Origin: a virus
IMG/VR virus record: IMGVR_UViG_3300001919_000028
Span: 1 to 64,000 of that record
Length of the DNA stretch: 64,000 bases
Strand: one strand, 5' to 3'
Positions 26,797 through 36,503 of the stretch are shown here, one piece after another (the stretch's first letter is position 1; the number at the start of each line of letters is the position of its first letter). The position numbers and the translations under genes are program-made. The notes beneath the pieces were generated by a model. The model searched no databases. It was not told where the DNA came from and was given only the letters and a program-made list of their open reading frames with translations.

Positions 26797-27019
26797 TCTG
26801 GACGCCTTGAAATCCAATATCGAAAAGCTCGCCGCGATGCTGATCCATTCCGAAGTCCACCGGGATTATGACGAGAACCTGGATGGAGAGTGGGAGTGCT
26901 GCGGCGAGTTTCCGTATTACATTACCAGCGACGACGAGAGGTTCTGGGATTTTGTGGACGCTCTGGAACATGAAATCAGTTGGCTGATGTCGGAGGTGCA
27001 GGATGATACGAATCGTTGA
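26780..27019 (+). CDS. Hypothetical protein
   Basis: ORF with overlapping coupling. Confidence 0.45.
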   Translation: MIQMTNLDALKSNIEKLAAMLIHSEVHRDYDENLDGEWECCGEFPYYITSDDERFWDFVDALEHEISWLMSEVQDDTNR

Positions 27020-27467
27020 GGGAGACCTGCTGAGGTCCGGCGCAAGATACATATGCCATCAGGTGAATTGCCAGGGCGTGATGGGAAGCGGTGTAGCCAA
27101 GCAGATCCGGGAGAAGTGGCCGGATGTCTACGACCGGTACAAGGTGCTGTGCGACCGGTACAGCGACAACAGGGAGCAGCTTCTCGGCAGGGCGCAGGGT
27201 GTCCGCGTTACGGGTTACTCTGTGGTCGTCAATCTGTTTGGCCAGAACCAGTATGGCAGAGACGGCAGCCAGTACACAGACATAAACGCTCTGCGCCGTG
27301 GCTGTGAAACGCTCGCCGTTCATGTGAATCTCGGAGATACCATCGCCATGCCGTACCGGATCGGCTGTGGTCTTGGCGGCGGAGACTGGGGAAAGGTTAT
27401 GGATATGCTCACGGGAGTTTTCCGTGAGCACTACCTTACCTTATATATCAAATGTAAAGGAGGATAG
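27003..27467 (+). CDS. Macro-domain protein (ADP-ribose binding/hydrolase)
   Basis: IVEGDLL…ICHQVNCQGVMGSGVAKQI…GCGLGGGDW macrodomain signature. Confidence 0.75.
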   Translation: MIRIVEGDLLRSGARYICHQVNCQGVMGSGVAKQIREKWPDVYDRYKVLCDRYSDNREQLLGRAQGVRVTGYSVVVNLFGQNQYGRDGSQYTDINALRRGCETLAVHVNLGDTIAMPYRIGCGLGGGDWGKVMDMLTGVFREHYLTLYIKCKGG

Positions 27468-27470
27468 CAG

Positions 27471-27638
27471 ATGCCCGTATTCGTGATCCTGGTGTTCCTC
27501 GCTGCTGGTCTTCTGTGGCTGTTGCTCTCCTTCGCATTTATCCCGTTCGGCAGATTCGTGAGCCGCCTGTGGAAAGATGCGAAGGACGCGATGGAGGAAG
27601 AGGACCCGGAGCCCGGAGAGGAAAAAGACAAAGAATAA
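27471..27638 (+). CDS. Small membrane protein (55 aa) with acidic tail, upstream partner of the SPFH gene
   Basis: AGGAGG RBS; transmembrane helix then EEEDPEPGEEKDKE. Confidence 0.4.
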   Translation: MPVFVILVFLAAGLLWLLLSFAFIPFGRFVSRLWKDAKDAMEEEDPEPGEEKDKE

Positions 27639-27656
27639 AAGGAGTAAAGCAGACAG

Positions 27657-28556
27657 ATGCGTAAGAAAGGACTCATTGGGGCGATTGTGCTCGCCCTGCT
27701 GATTTTCGGAGGCGTGACTTTCGCCTTCGTCTGTACGGAGCGTATCCCCGCCGGTTACGTCGGCGTCGTGTACAACATGAACGGCGGCGTGGATGGGGAG
27801 GTTCTCACGCAGGGCTGGCACATCGTCGCACCCACCAAAAAGGTGACCACCTATTCCATCGGCATTGAGCAGTCCTATCTGACAGCCGCCGACAAGGGTG
27901 ACTCACCGAACGACGAGAGCTTTAGTATTCCCACATCGGACGGCAAGACGGTCCGGGTGAACCTGGAGTTCTCCTACTACTTCGATGTTGACCGCGTGGC
28001 AGAGACGTTCACCCGGTTCAAGGGGCGCTCCGGCGAGGCCATCAAAGACACCTTCATCAAGCCCAAGGTCATCGCCTGGACACAGGAGGTTTCCGCCAAC
28101 TACCCCGTCACAGACATCTTTGGCGACCAGCGTACCGCTATCAACGCGGAGCTGGATACATACCTGCGGGAGAAGTTCAGCACCTACGGTATCATCATTG
28201 ATACGGTGAACTTCACCGACATCTCCGTGGACGAGGAGACCGCCGCTGCTATCCAGAAGAAAGTGACGGCACAGCAGGAACTGGAGCTGGCGAATATTGA
28301 AGCGCAGACCGCCAAAGTCCAGGCCGAAAAGGATAAAGAGGTCGCCAGCATCGCGGCGGAGACCGCTGTTGTAAAGGCTGAGGCGGAAGCTGAGGCGCTG
28401 CGTATCGCGGCAGAGGCCGAGGCAGACGCCAACCGCGTGATTGCGGCTTCCCTGACCCCTGAGCTGATTGAAAAGATCAAGTACGAACAGTGGGACGGCA
28501 AGATGCCGACCGTCTCCGGTTCCAGCGCCATCATCGGCATTGACGGCGTTAATTAA
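27657..28556 (+). CDS. SPFH/Band-7 (stomatin/prohibitin/HflKC-like) membrane protein
   Basis: N-terminal transmembrane segment, SPFH core, Ala/Glu-rich coiled coil (AEAEAEALRIAAEAEADANR). Confidence 0.85.
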   Translation: MRKKGLIGAIVLALLIFGGVTFAFVCTERIPAGYVGVVYNMNGGVDGEVLTQGWHIVAPTKKVTTYSIGIEQSYLTAADKGDSPNDESFSIPTSDGKTVRVNLEFSYYFDVDRVAETFTRFKGRSGEAIKDTFIKPKVIAWTQEVSANYPVTDIFGDQRTAINAELDTYLREKFSTYGIIIDTVNFTDISVDEETAAAIQKKVTAQQELELANIEAQTAKVQAEKDKEVASIAAETAVVKAEAEAEALRIAAEAEADANRVIAASLTPELIEKIKYEQWDGKMPTVSGSSAIIGIDGVN

Positions 28557-28570
28557 ATAGAGCGGAGCGA

Positions 28571-28602
28571 AGCCCACGGAGTCACATCCGTGGGCTTTTC
28601 CG
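28571..28602 (+). terminator. Rho-independent terminator (AAGCCCACGG-loop-CCGTGGGCTT + TTCC)
   Basis: 10-bp stem after the stop. Confidence 0.65.
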
Positions 28603-28614
28603 CGTATCGCGCAG

Positions 28615-28929
28615 GTGCGTATGAAAGAAGAAGTTTTCGGTTTCATCAGCCGCTTTACGAACAACGGCAAATTCCAGCAGGTCATAACAGCATTTACTTG
28701 TGGCTGCTGTTATTGGTTCGCTCAGATTTTGTGTGAGAGGTTCGCTCAATACTCCCCCGTTTTAGTCTATGACGAGGTAATGAACCACTTCGCCACAGAA
28801 ATATGTGGCCGGGTATACGACATTTCAGGAGATGTCACCGACCAGTTTGATTGGTCTCCGTGGGAAGATTTGAACGACAGTTCTTTAAGGAAACGAATCA
28901 TACGGGATTGTGTGATGTTTAAGAAATAA
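28615..28929 (+). CDS. Hypothetical protein (Cys-rich)
   Basis: ORF. Confidence 0.45.
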   Translation: MRMKEEVFGFISRFTNNGKFQQVITAFTCGCCYWFAQILCERFAQYSPVLVYDEVMNHFATEICGRVYDISGDVTDQFDWSPWEDLNDSSLRKRIIRDCVMFKK

Positions 28930-28953
28930 GGCAGAGAACGGAGGTGCTGTGGG

Positions 28954-29541
28954 ATGTCTTCGTGGACTCATATCAAAGGTGCGATCATTGTTCGACCGGC
29001 TGGCCGTTCCCAGCCGGAAATAGAGTATGTTCTCCGCACGGTTCTCGACCACCTTCCAATGGTCACCGGTTCTGAGGGGCCGATGCACGTCTATGTGCAG
29101 AAGTGCGAAGGCTTCAACAGCTCAAGCAGCCATGACGAGTTCGGGCAACCCAGCAATCTCGGTTCCGGCCACTTCAAGACGCAGAGAGAATACATCATCG
29201 CCGTTGACGGACGCCTGCGTGACCGCGAGTTCTCCAGAACATACCGAGAGTTTCAAAGGTGGCTCTGCCGTCTTGCCAAAAGAGTGCGGGTCGAAGATGT
29301 CCTGGTTCGTGTGTCAGGCTATGACAGGTCCGCAGTGATTGATGACCCAGGAGAGCGTTACCATTCCATGTATGAGCTTCCGAGCTGGTGTAACGGCAGC
29401 AAAGAGCCTGCGTGGTATGAGTTCATGCTGTGGGACAGATCTCTTTCAAGCGATCTCCCCTTGATGCTGCAATATAAGTATTACACCGAGCCAAAGGATG
29501 ATGAAGAAGCAGAACGGCGGCTTTCCTATACGAAACAGTAG
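28954..29541 (+). CDS. Hypothetical protein
   Basis: ORF. Confidence 0.5.
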   Translation: MSSWTHIKGAIIVRPAGRSQPEIEYVLRTVLDHLPMVTGSEGPMHVYVQKCEGFNSSSSHDEFGQPSNLGSGHFKTQREYIIAVDGRLRDREFSRTYREFQRWLCRLAKRVRVEDVLVRVSGYDRSAVIDDPGERYHSMYELPSWCNGSKEPAWYEFMLWDRSLSSDLPLMLQYKYYTEPKDDEEAERRLSYTKQ

Positions 29542-29553
29542 GGCGGTGATACG

Positions 29554-30054
29554 GTGATAGACTTCGGCGATTGTTACATGATGTGCGACGAGTGCCCGAT
29601 TGGCGAGGCAGAGCTTCGCTGGCGTCGTGAGCGGCTGACCAAGTACGGTTTTGAGGATTGGCAGCCAGAGTATTGCTGCTGTGACAAAATCGGAGAGGAG
29701 CATTTTTGGATGGGCGGATATTGTGAAGATGCGTTTGTCGAAAAGGAGCCGGTGCGCCGCAAAGGTGAACGGCGCGGAGGCAGGGCTTATCGCCGTTACA
29801 TGAACCGTAAGAAGGACGCCGCGCTGCGGCGCATCATCAACTGCAAGTATGTCCCGTGGGCCGGATATGTCAAGTGGGATTGGGTCGATGGGGTTTGGTC
29901 CCCGGTTGGCGACCACATCAAGTACCCCAAGAACTCCAATATCCTTCGCTACTACAAGCGGCTTTCCAACCGGACGGTACGCCGCTATAAAGATACCTTT
30001 CCAAAAGGGAACCATTACAGAAAATGCTTCGAGTATGTGTACTCGATTTTTTAA
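29554..30054 (+). CDS. Hypothetical Cys-rich, basic protein
   Basis: Multiple CxxC/CCC clusters. Confidence 0.5.
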   Translation: MIDFGDCYMMCDECPIGEAELRWRRERLTKYGFEDWQPEYCCCDKIGEEHFWMGGYCEDAFVEKEPVRRKGERRGGRAYRRYMNRKKDAALRRIINCKYVPWAGYVKWDWVDGVWSPVGDHIKYPKNSNILRYYKRLSNRTVRRYKDTFPKGNHYRKCFEYVYSIF

Positions 30055-30066
30055 GGAGGTGCGACA

Positions 30067-30633
30067 ATGGGTCAGCGGTTGAACATTGAAATCACAAACA
30101 GAAACGGCTGTATCGCCAACTGCTACTACCACTGGTCTGCCTACACCTTTTCCTCTATCGCTATGACCAGACAAATCCTGGCCGCTATCGACGAAGACGA
30201 CGAGGAGTTCGGAACCGAGTACGCGGTCATGCTGTTGGAGCGTACAGGCGGCGGTGTTAATGAAGAGGAGCGGGAGCGGATCAAAGCGGACGCAAGGTAT
30301 TCCGGTATGCACTTCAATGAGTGCAGCGACCGGAACAGAGGTCTGATCGCCGTGACCAAGGAGGGAATCCGGGACACCAGGAATTGGGAAGAGGGCCGTG
30401 TGACGGTCAATCTGGACACCAGGACGGTGGACTTCGACGTGTTCTGGAGGTACAACTCCGTAGAGGAATACGAAGAAGAGAACGAAACTGATGCCCCGGA
30501 TGGTATCTATAAAACGGCCATGGACTTTTCCAACATCCCGTTCGATTCGTTCGATGAATTTGCGGCAGTGGTAGCAGAACACCCCGACGGTGTGGTGGAT
30601 GACAACGGAACTTACTACCGTTGGATTGAATAA
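30067..30633 (+). CDS. Hypothetical protein
   Basis: ORF with RBS. Confidence 0.5.
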   Translation: MGQRLNIEITNRNGCIANCYYHWSAYTFSSIAMTRQILAAIDEDDEEFGTEYAVMLLERTGGGVNEEERERIKADARYSGMHFNECSDRNRGLIAVTKEGIRDTRNWEEGRVTVNLDTRTVDFDVFWRYNSVEEYEEENETDAPDGIYKTAMDFSNIPFDSFDEFAAVVAEHPDGVVDDNGTYYRWIE

Positions 30634-30643
30634 GGAGGCCGAC

Positions 30644-31144
30644 ATGAATAAAAGATTAAAGATGCTTTGTATCACCGCGATGGGTATCGCGCTTTATGTC
30701 GCGCTGAGTATGACGATCAAAATCCCAATCGTCGGGCATATCGCCCTGGACCTTGGTTATATCGTTCTCGGCGTGTACTGCTACCTGTTCGGAGGCGCAG
30801 CCGGTGCTGTGGTCGGCGGTGCCGGCTGTGTGTTTGTCAGTCTGTTGACCTCCGGTTGGTTCCCTCCCGGCTGGCTGCTTGGCAACCTGTTCATTGGTGC
30901 AGTGTGCGGGAGAGGCTATGTGAGAGAAGACAACAGGCGGGCGCACCGTATGAACTACTGTCTCACTTACGCCGCTGTGTTCGTCGGAATTGCGGTCATC
31001 AAGCCTGTCGTAGAGTGCATTTTATACCAGCTCCCGCTTTGGGCCAAGGTTTCCACCAGCTCAATCGGGGCAATTATGGACGCTCTTGTGATGTTCGTTG
31101 GCCTTGCCATTGCGCCGCGCCTTTCACGGATGGTAAGCAGGTGA
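30644..31144 (+). CDS. Polytopic membrane protein, ECF-transporter S-component-like (possible vitamin/precursor uptake)
   Basis: 4-5 transmembrane helices, Gly-rich motifs; AAGGAGG RBS. Confidence 0.5.
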   Translation: MNKRLKMLCITAMGIALYVALSMTIKIPIVGHIALDLGYIVLGVYCYLFGGAAGAVVGGAGCVFVSLLTSGWFPPGWLLGNLFIGAVCGRGYVREDNRRAHRMNYCLTYAAVFVGIAVIKPVVECILYQLPLWAKVSTSSIGAIMDALVMFVGLAIAPRLSRMVSR

Positions 31145-31324
31145 TTTCATGCGGTGGATTGTCAACTACATACGTTCACTCTTTTGCGAGCACGACTTTG
31201 AACATCTGATTTCTATTGATGTCTACGAGTCCCCGTCAGACACGATGCCGTGTGGGCACAAATATGTCTACCGCTGCAAAAAGTGTGGATACACGCAGAA
31301 AATAAGGGTGTAAGGAGGTGCGAC

Positions 31325-31681
31325 ATGGAAATAGATATTGAGAGGCTGGTCGATGATTTTCGAAACCATCGTGTCACTATTTTGTGTACCACCCTCGGAG
31401 AGCGCTATCAGGCGACCATCCTGTTGCTTGAAAGCGGCGTGAATCATGGGACTTCCGGTGCCTCCGAAATTATTGCCAACAGGAACAGAGAATATGGGGC
31501 CATATGGAAGGTGCTGTTTTGTTCGAGTGATGGGATTGAGTATTGCACAGCCGATGCAGGACAAGCGAAAAACGCGGTTCGTTTCCAGGATTTGCCCGAC
31601 CTCTATCCTTTTTCATGGACACCATTTGAGACAGACGAGAAGCTCTTCGGTGAGTTTTTCCATGTAGCCCCAAAGGCATAG
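31325..31681 (+). CDS. Hypothetical protein (paralogue of next; shared …FGEFFHVAP / …FQSFFHVGG)
   Basis: AAGGAGG RBS; tandem paralogy. Confidence 0.5.
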   Translation: MEIDIERLVDDFRNHRVTILCTTLGERYQATILLLESGVNHGTSGASEIIANRNREYGAIWKVLFCSSDGIEYCTADAGQAKNAVRFQDLPDLYPFSWTPFETDEKLFGEFFHVAPKA

Positions 31682-31691
31682 GAGGTCTACC

Positions 31692-32042
31692 ATGAATTTA
31701 GCGATGGAATATCTCGCCAGCGACTTCATGGATGGGAAGTTCTCCATCTACTGTAAGGACTGGAGAGAGCGGAAAGAAGCGACGCAGCTTCTTGTGGATG
31801 CCGGAGTTCCGCACGGTGGTTCCGGTTACTCAAGGATGTTCCTCAAACTTGATGAAACATATTCAGACAGGTTCCATGTTGTTGTGATAGGGACTATCGA
31901 ACGCGGAATCGAATACAAGGGATCGCGGGATGAAAACACAATTCCCTTGCAGGAAGTTTACAGGCGGTACAGCAACGACCCGCTTGAGGTTGACGAGGAC
32001 ATCTTCCAGTCGTTCTTCCATGTAGGCGGTGCCCAGTCATGA
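31692..32042 (+). CDS. Hypothetical protein (paralogue of previous)
   Basis: Tandem paralogy. Confidence 0.5.
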   Translation: MNLAMEYLASDFMDGKFSIYCKDWRERKEATQLLVDAGVPHGGSGYSRMFLKLDETYSDRFHVVVIGTIERGIEYKGSRDENTIPLQEVYRRYSNDPLEVDEDIFQSFFHVGGAQS

Positions 32043-32353
32043 GCAAGTTCTCCGGTAAGTGCGATTTCTACGACGAGATTGAGATCTGCGGCCTCGATCA
32101 TGTTCTGAACTGCGAGGTGTATGTAGGCGACAGTGTGGAGCCGCTTCACCTCACCTGCCGTGAAGATTGTATCCCATACTATCCGTATGTGGTGACTACG
32201 GCGGCCCACGACAACGTGAAGAAGCGCGGTTATATCCGGCTCACCAGCAAGTCCTGGATAGACATCGAGGAGGAGCGGTACGGGCACCATGAGGCATACG
32301 ATTTCTACCGCGAGCAACTGGCAGAGGAGCTCAGGAAAGCTGGTGTTGTATGA
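32039..32353 (+). CDS. Hypothetical Cys-rich protein
   Basis: ORF. Confidence 0.5.
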   Translation: MSKFSGKCDFYDEIEICGLDHVLNCEVYVGDSVEPLHLTCREDCIPYYPYVVTTAAHDNVKKRGYIRLTSKSWIDIEEERYGHHEAYDFYREQLAEELRKAGVV

Positions 32354-32658
32354 GTAAACCAACGATTGACTTGCAGAGCGACAAGTTCGGGTGTATTCTG
32401 AATTGTGCGGTCCGGTATGCCGTTGGCCGCCAGACATATATGCCTGGGCTTGTGATCGACTTCATCACACCGTTGATTCCCTATCTGGATAACAGGACGC
32501 TGTGGTGTTTTGACCAGGATCTTACCGAGCAAAAGTACCTTGGCGGTTACGGCGACCCCCAAATCGACGAGCCGGGTTGGCTTCGGTTCCACGATGCGGT
32601 CCGGGCGGAGCGGTCCAAGCGCGGCCAGAATTTGTATGTAAGTCACAGACAGAGTTAA
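32350..32658 (+). CDS. Hypothetical protein
   Basis: ORF. Confidence 0.5.
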   Translation: MSKPTIDLQSDKFGCILNCAVRYAVGRQTYMPGLVIDFITPLIPYLDNRTLWCFDQDLTEQKYLGGYGDPQIDEPGWLRFHDAVRAERSKRGQNLYVSHRQS

Positions 32659-33069
32659 AGCGTGGAATGTTGGCTTAGAGGCAGCCATCATCTAAGGAGT
32701 AAATCGTGGCCATCGTAGGAGTTATGCCGGAGGAATCCCGGACGCGACCTACGGGATGCAGATGAACATCCTGCTTTGCAGACAGCCTATGTCAGCGCTG
32801 GACTTAGTGGCTGATATCTGCATTCGGCGACTGGGCGGGAGTGTGACCCGCAAGGCGTATGTGAGTAGCAGAGTGTGGAACTCATGCGCTTGCCATAGGC
32901 AACTCTGCCATGGATTTTTTGGCGTGACAGCACACCATGTTTTTTCGCTGTTTTAATTTAGGATTTTGCCGCAGGCTTTGTCCCTCAATGCCTGCCGGAG
33001 CGTTTGAACTACGCATTATATTGCTTATTCAATGCTTCGCCGCAACATTATAAAACTGGGGTGAGCTAT

Positions 33070-34092
33070 ATGACGATTGAACAAATCAAAGAAATGATTG
33101 CCGGGGAGCAGTATGATTTCCTGTGGACGAACCCGCATCTGTCGTACAAAATCATGTTCCTGACCATGGGAGGCAGCTACGCCTACGGAACCAACGTGGA
33201 GACATCTGATGTGGATGTGCGCGGTTGTACGCTCAACAGCAGAAGCGACATCCTTGGCCTGACGAGTTTCGAGCAGGTGGTCCACACGCAGACGGACACC
33301 GTCATCTACTCATTCAACAAGCTGGTCAGCCTCCTGCTGAACTGCAATCCAAACACGATTGAACTTCTCGGCTGCAAGCCGGAGCATTACTTCTTCGTTT
33401 CTCCCATTGGACAGGAGATGATCGACAACAAGAAGATTTTCCTGTCCCGCCGGGCGGCTGAGTCCTTCGGCGGATATGCCACACAGCAGCTTCGCAGGTT
33501 GAAGAACGCCCTCGCCAGGGACAAGATGTCCCAGGCCGACAACGAGGAACATATCCTCGACGCCATGAAGCGGGCGGTCAAGTCTTTCAGGGATAAGTAC
33601 AGCCACTTCGACAAGGGAAGTGTCAGACTGTACACCGCAGACAGTGAGCGGGACGATCTCGACCGCGAGGTTTTCGCTGACATCCACTTGGACAAGTATC
33701 CGGTGCGTGATTTCAGCATTATGATGAACTCCCTCTCCAACGTGATCGGGAACTACGAGAAGCTGAACCACAGGAACCATAAGAAGGACGACGCCCACCT
33801 CAACAAGCACGCCATGCACCTTATCCGGCTGTACCTGATGTGCCTGGATATTTTGGAGAAGGGCGAAATCAACACCTACCGTGCAAACGACAGGGATTTT
33901 CTGCTCAGTATCCGCCACGGATATTTCCAAAAGGAAGACGGTATGTTCCGGCAGGAGTTCTTCGATATTGTGGAGGACTATGAGAAGCGCCTGCAATATG
34001 CAAAGGCGAACACCTCCCTCCCGGACCAGCCGGACATGAAAGTGGTCGGAGAGTTTGTGGAAAGCGTGAACAGGAGGGCGATTGATGAATAG
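33070..34092 (+). CDS. Pol-beta-superfamily nucleotidyltransferase with GS-x3-G-x5-SDxD motif (cGAS/SMODS/MNT-like)
   Basis: GGSYAYGTNVETSDVDVRG motif near the N-terminus; directly upstream of the CCA-adding enzyme. Confidence 0.65.
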   Translation: MTIEQIKEMIAGEQYDFLWTNPHLSYKIMFLTMGGSYAYGTNVETSDVDVRGCTLNSRSDILGLTSFEQVVHTQTDTVIYSFNKLVSLLLNCNPNTIELLGCKPEHYFFVSPIGQEMIDNKKIFLSRRAAESFGGYATQQLRRLKNALARDKMSQADNEEHILDAMKRAVKSFRDKYSHFDKGSVRLYTADSERDDLDREVFADIHLDKYPVRDFSIMMNSLSNVIGNYEKLNHRNHKKDDAHLNKHAMHLIRLYLMCLDILEKGEINTYRANDRDFLLSIRHGYFQKEDGMFRQEFFDIVEDYEKRLQYAKANTSLPDQPDMKVVGEFVESVNRRAIDE

Positions 34093-35422
34093 GTATTCTC
34101 TCCCGCTTGGTGCGGCGTTTATCATTGACCCGCTCCAGGAGAACGGGTTTGAAGCCTATGTGGTCGGCGGCTGTGTGAGAGACAGGCTGCTTGGTCGTGT
34201 CCCGAAGGATTGGGACATCTGCACGTCCGCCTCCCCACAGCAGGTCAAGGAGATCTTTGGCGACAAGCGGGTCATTGAGACCGGTCTCCAGCACGGGACC
34301 GTCACCATCGTGATGCCGGACGGCTTATACGAGGTGACCACCTTCCGAGTAGATGGGACGTACTCCGATAACCGGCACCCGGATGAAGTGAAGTTCGTCA
34401 AAAGCCTGGAGGAAGACCTCGCCCGCCGTGACTTCACTATCAACGCCATGGCCTACAATGACCGGCGCGGTTTGGTAGACCCGTTCGGCGGCGAGAAGGA
34501 CTTGGCCGACGGTGTGATCCGCTGTGTCGGCGATGCAGCCGCCCGCTTCCACGAAGATGGGCTGCGTCTGATGCGGGCTTTGCGGTTTGCCTCCAAGTAT
34601 GGGTTCCGCATCGAAGACGGAACGGCGGAGGCGATCCACAAATGCTCTCACCTGCTCCGGAACATCGCCGTGGAGCGCATCAACACAGAGCTTTGCAGGC
34701 TGTTGTGCGGTAAGAATGTTCTCCAGGTTCTGCTGGACTACCCTGACGTTATCACCGAAATCATCCCGGAGATGAAGCCGTGTGTCGGGTTTCGTCAGAA
34801 CAATAAGTACCACGAGTACAACGTATATGACCACATCGCCCATGCGGTTTCCAACTACACAGGCGAGGACACCGTAGTCAATGTCACGCTTCTGCTCCAC
34901 GACATTGGCAAGCCCAACTGTTACACGGAGGACGAGCGTGGCGGTCACTTCTACGGCCACGGTGTGGTCAGCAGGGACATCGCGGAGGGCGTCCTTACCA
35001 AACTCAGGTTTGATAATCAAACCAAGGCCGATGTACTGGAGCTGGTTCTGTTCCACGACTCAGTCATTGAGCCTACGCCGAAGACGGTACGCAGATGGCT
35101 GAACAAGATTGGCCCGGAGCAGTTCTACCGTCTGCTGGAGGTCAGAATGGCGGACATCCTCGCCCACTCAAAGGATACGCAGGCCAGCAGGATCGAGCGT
35201 TGCAACGCGCTTCGCACCATTGTCGGCGACATCCTTGAACAGCAGCAGTGCTACACCGTCAAGGATCTGGCCGTCAACGGATACGATGTCATGCAGTCCG
35301 GTGTTCCGGAGGGGAAAGAGGTTGGCGCGGCGCTGAACGAAATCCTGGATAAGGTCATCGGCGGCGAGCTTGAAAACGAGCGGTCTGCGCTGCTCGAATA
35401 TCTGTCAAAGCGCAAAGCATGA
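34082..35422 (+). CDS. cca: CCA-adding tRNA nucleotidyltransferase with HD domain
   Basis: Class II NTase head GGCVRDRLLG…DWD, RRDFTINAMA, HD motif LLHDIGKP. Confidence 0.85.
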   Translation: MMNRYSLPLGAAFIIDPLQENGFEAYVVGGCVRDRLLGRVPKDWDICTSASPQQVKEIFGDKRVIETGLQHGTVTIVMPDGLYEVTTFRVDGTYSDNRHPDEVKFVKSLEEDLARRDFTINAMAYNDRRGLVDPFGGEKDLADGVIRCVGDAAARFHEDGLRLMRALRFASKYGFRIEDGTAEAIHKCSHLLRNIAVERINTELCRLLCGKNVLQVLLDYPDVITEIIPEMKPCVGFRQNNKYHEYNVYDHIAHAVSNYTGEDTVVNVTLLLHDIGKPNCYTEDERGGHFYGHGVVSRDIAEGVLTKLRFDNQTKADVLELVLFHDSVIEPTPKTVRRWLNKIGPEQFYRLLEVRMADILAHSKDTQASRIERCNALRTIVGDILEQQQCYTVKDLAVNGYDVMQSGVPEGKEVGAALNEILDKVIGGELENERSALLEYLSKRKA

Positions 35423-35497
35423 CAACCTAAGTTGTCTCCGCGCATTACATACCCACGGTCGCTCAGGCCGTGGGAATTTTCATAAGGAGACGATTTT

Positions 35498-36187
35498 ATG
35501 GCATACACAGAAAAAGACATCAAGTGGTTCACAGAGCATGAGTTGAAGCCGGATGACACTTTCCAGTTCGAGTGTGTCATGTGCGGCAACTGCTGCCGCA
35601 ACCGGAGAGAGCCGATCCTCCTCACAGGAGCCGATGTATTCCGCATCGGAAGGGCGCTGAATACTCCGGTCATCGAGGTCATCCGCAAGAATACGAGGGG
35701 AAACATCGGCGAGCAGTCCCATATTCCGGTCATCACACTCGCCGAGAGGATGGACGGAAGCTGCCGGATGATGCGTAAAGGTAAGTGCATGGTACACAAG
35801 GACAAACCGTCCGCCTGTGCCCTGTTTCCTCTGGGTAGATACTTCGATACACGCGACAACACCTACCATTACTTTGCCAACGAGCATTTCTGCGGCAACG
35901 GCACAAAGTCCGGCAAGACCTGGACGCTCCGTGAGTGGCTCGACGAGTTTCATGTCGATGAATCTATTGATATGACAGCGGCGTGGCACAAGCTCATGCT
36001 TGGTATCACCAATGTGACCTGCCGCATGAAAGAGGATAAGATCCGTGGGGATTTCCTCGCCGAGCTGATGGCGGTTCTGTACCTCAACTACGACATCACC
36101 AAGCCGTACATCCCACAGGTCGAGCAAAACATGAATTTTGCAAAAGCTATTTTCAAAAAGCGGTTCCATAAAGAATTAAAATTCTGA
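35498..36187 (+). CDS. YkgJ-family Cys-cluster (CxxCxxCC) Fe-S/zinc protein
   Basis: CVMCGNCC motif. Confidence 0.55.
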   Translation: MAYTEKDIKWFTEHELKPDDTFQFECVMCGNCCRNRREPILLTGADVFRIGRALNTPVIEVIRKNTRGNIGEQSHIPVITLAERMDGSCRMMRKGKCMVHKDKPSACALFPLGRYFDTRDNTYHYFANEHFCGNGTKSGKTWTLREWLDEFHVDESIDMTAAWHKLMLGITNVTCRMKEDKIRGDFLAELMAVLYLNYDITKPYIPQVEQNMNFAKAIFKKRFHKELKF

Positions 36188-36193
36188 GCGAGA

Positions 36194-36224
36194 AGCCACG
36201 CACCAACCCCGCGTGGCTTTTCTT
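36194..36224 (+). terminator. Rho-independent terminator (AGCCACGC-loop-GCGTGGCT + TTTCTT)
   Basis: Stem-loop plus T tract. Confidence 0.6.
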
Positions 36225-36300
36225 ATCTCTAAATCCGACGGAAAGAACATCAATTCAAAAGAGTTTTTCAGAGCAATCAATGAGGGGTGAGGTGGTTCGT

Positions 36301-36492
36301 ATGGACGACGAGATGGAGCGTGAGATCTATATTGATATCTCTTCAAACGCTCCGATCAGCATTGCACGACTTCGCTCTATTTTGCTGTACTGCGAAACAC
36401 TTGCCAGAAACCTTGGGGATGGCGGAGAACATCTTGCCTATATCTTAAATGGTGTCGCGCTTCTCCCTTATACAGACGACGGATCATTTTAG
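36301..36492 (+). CDS. Hypothetical protein
   Basis: ORF. Confidence 0.4.
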   Translation: MDDEMEREIYIDISSNAPISIARLRSILLYCETLARNLGDGGEHLAYILNGVALLPYTDDGSF

Positions 36493-36503
36493 GAGGTGGG
36501 TCT

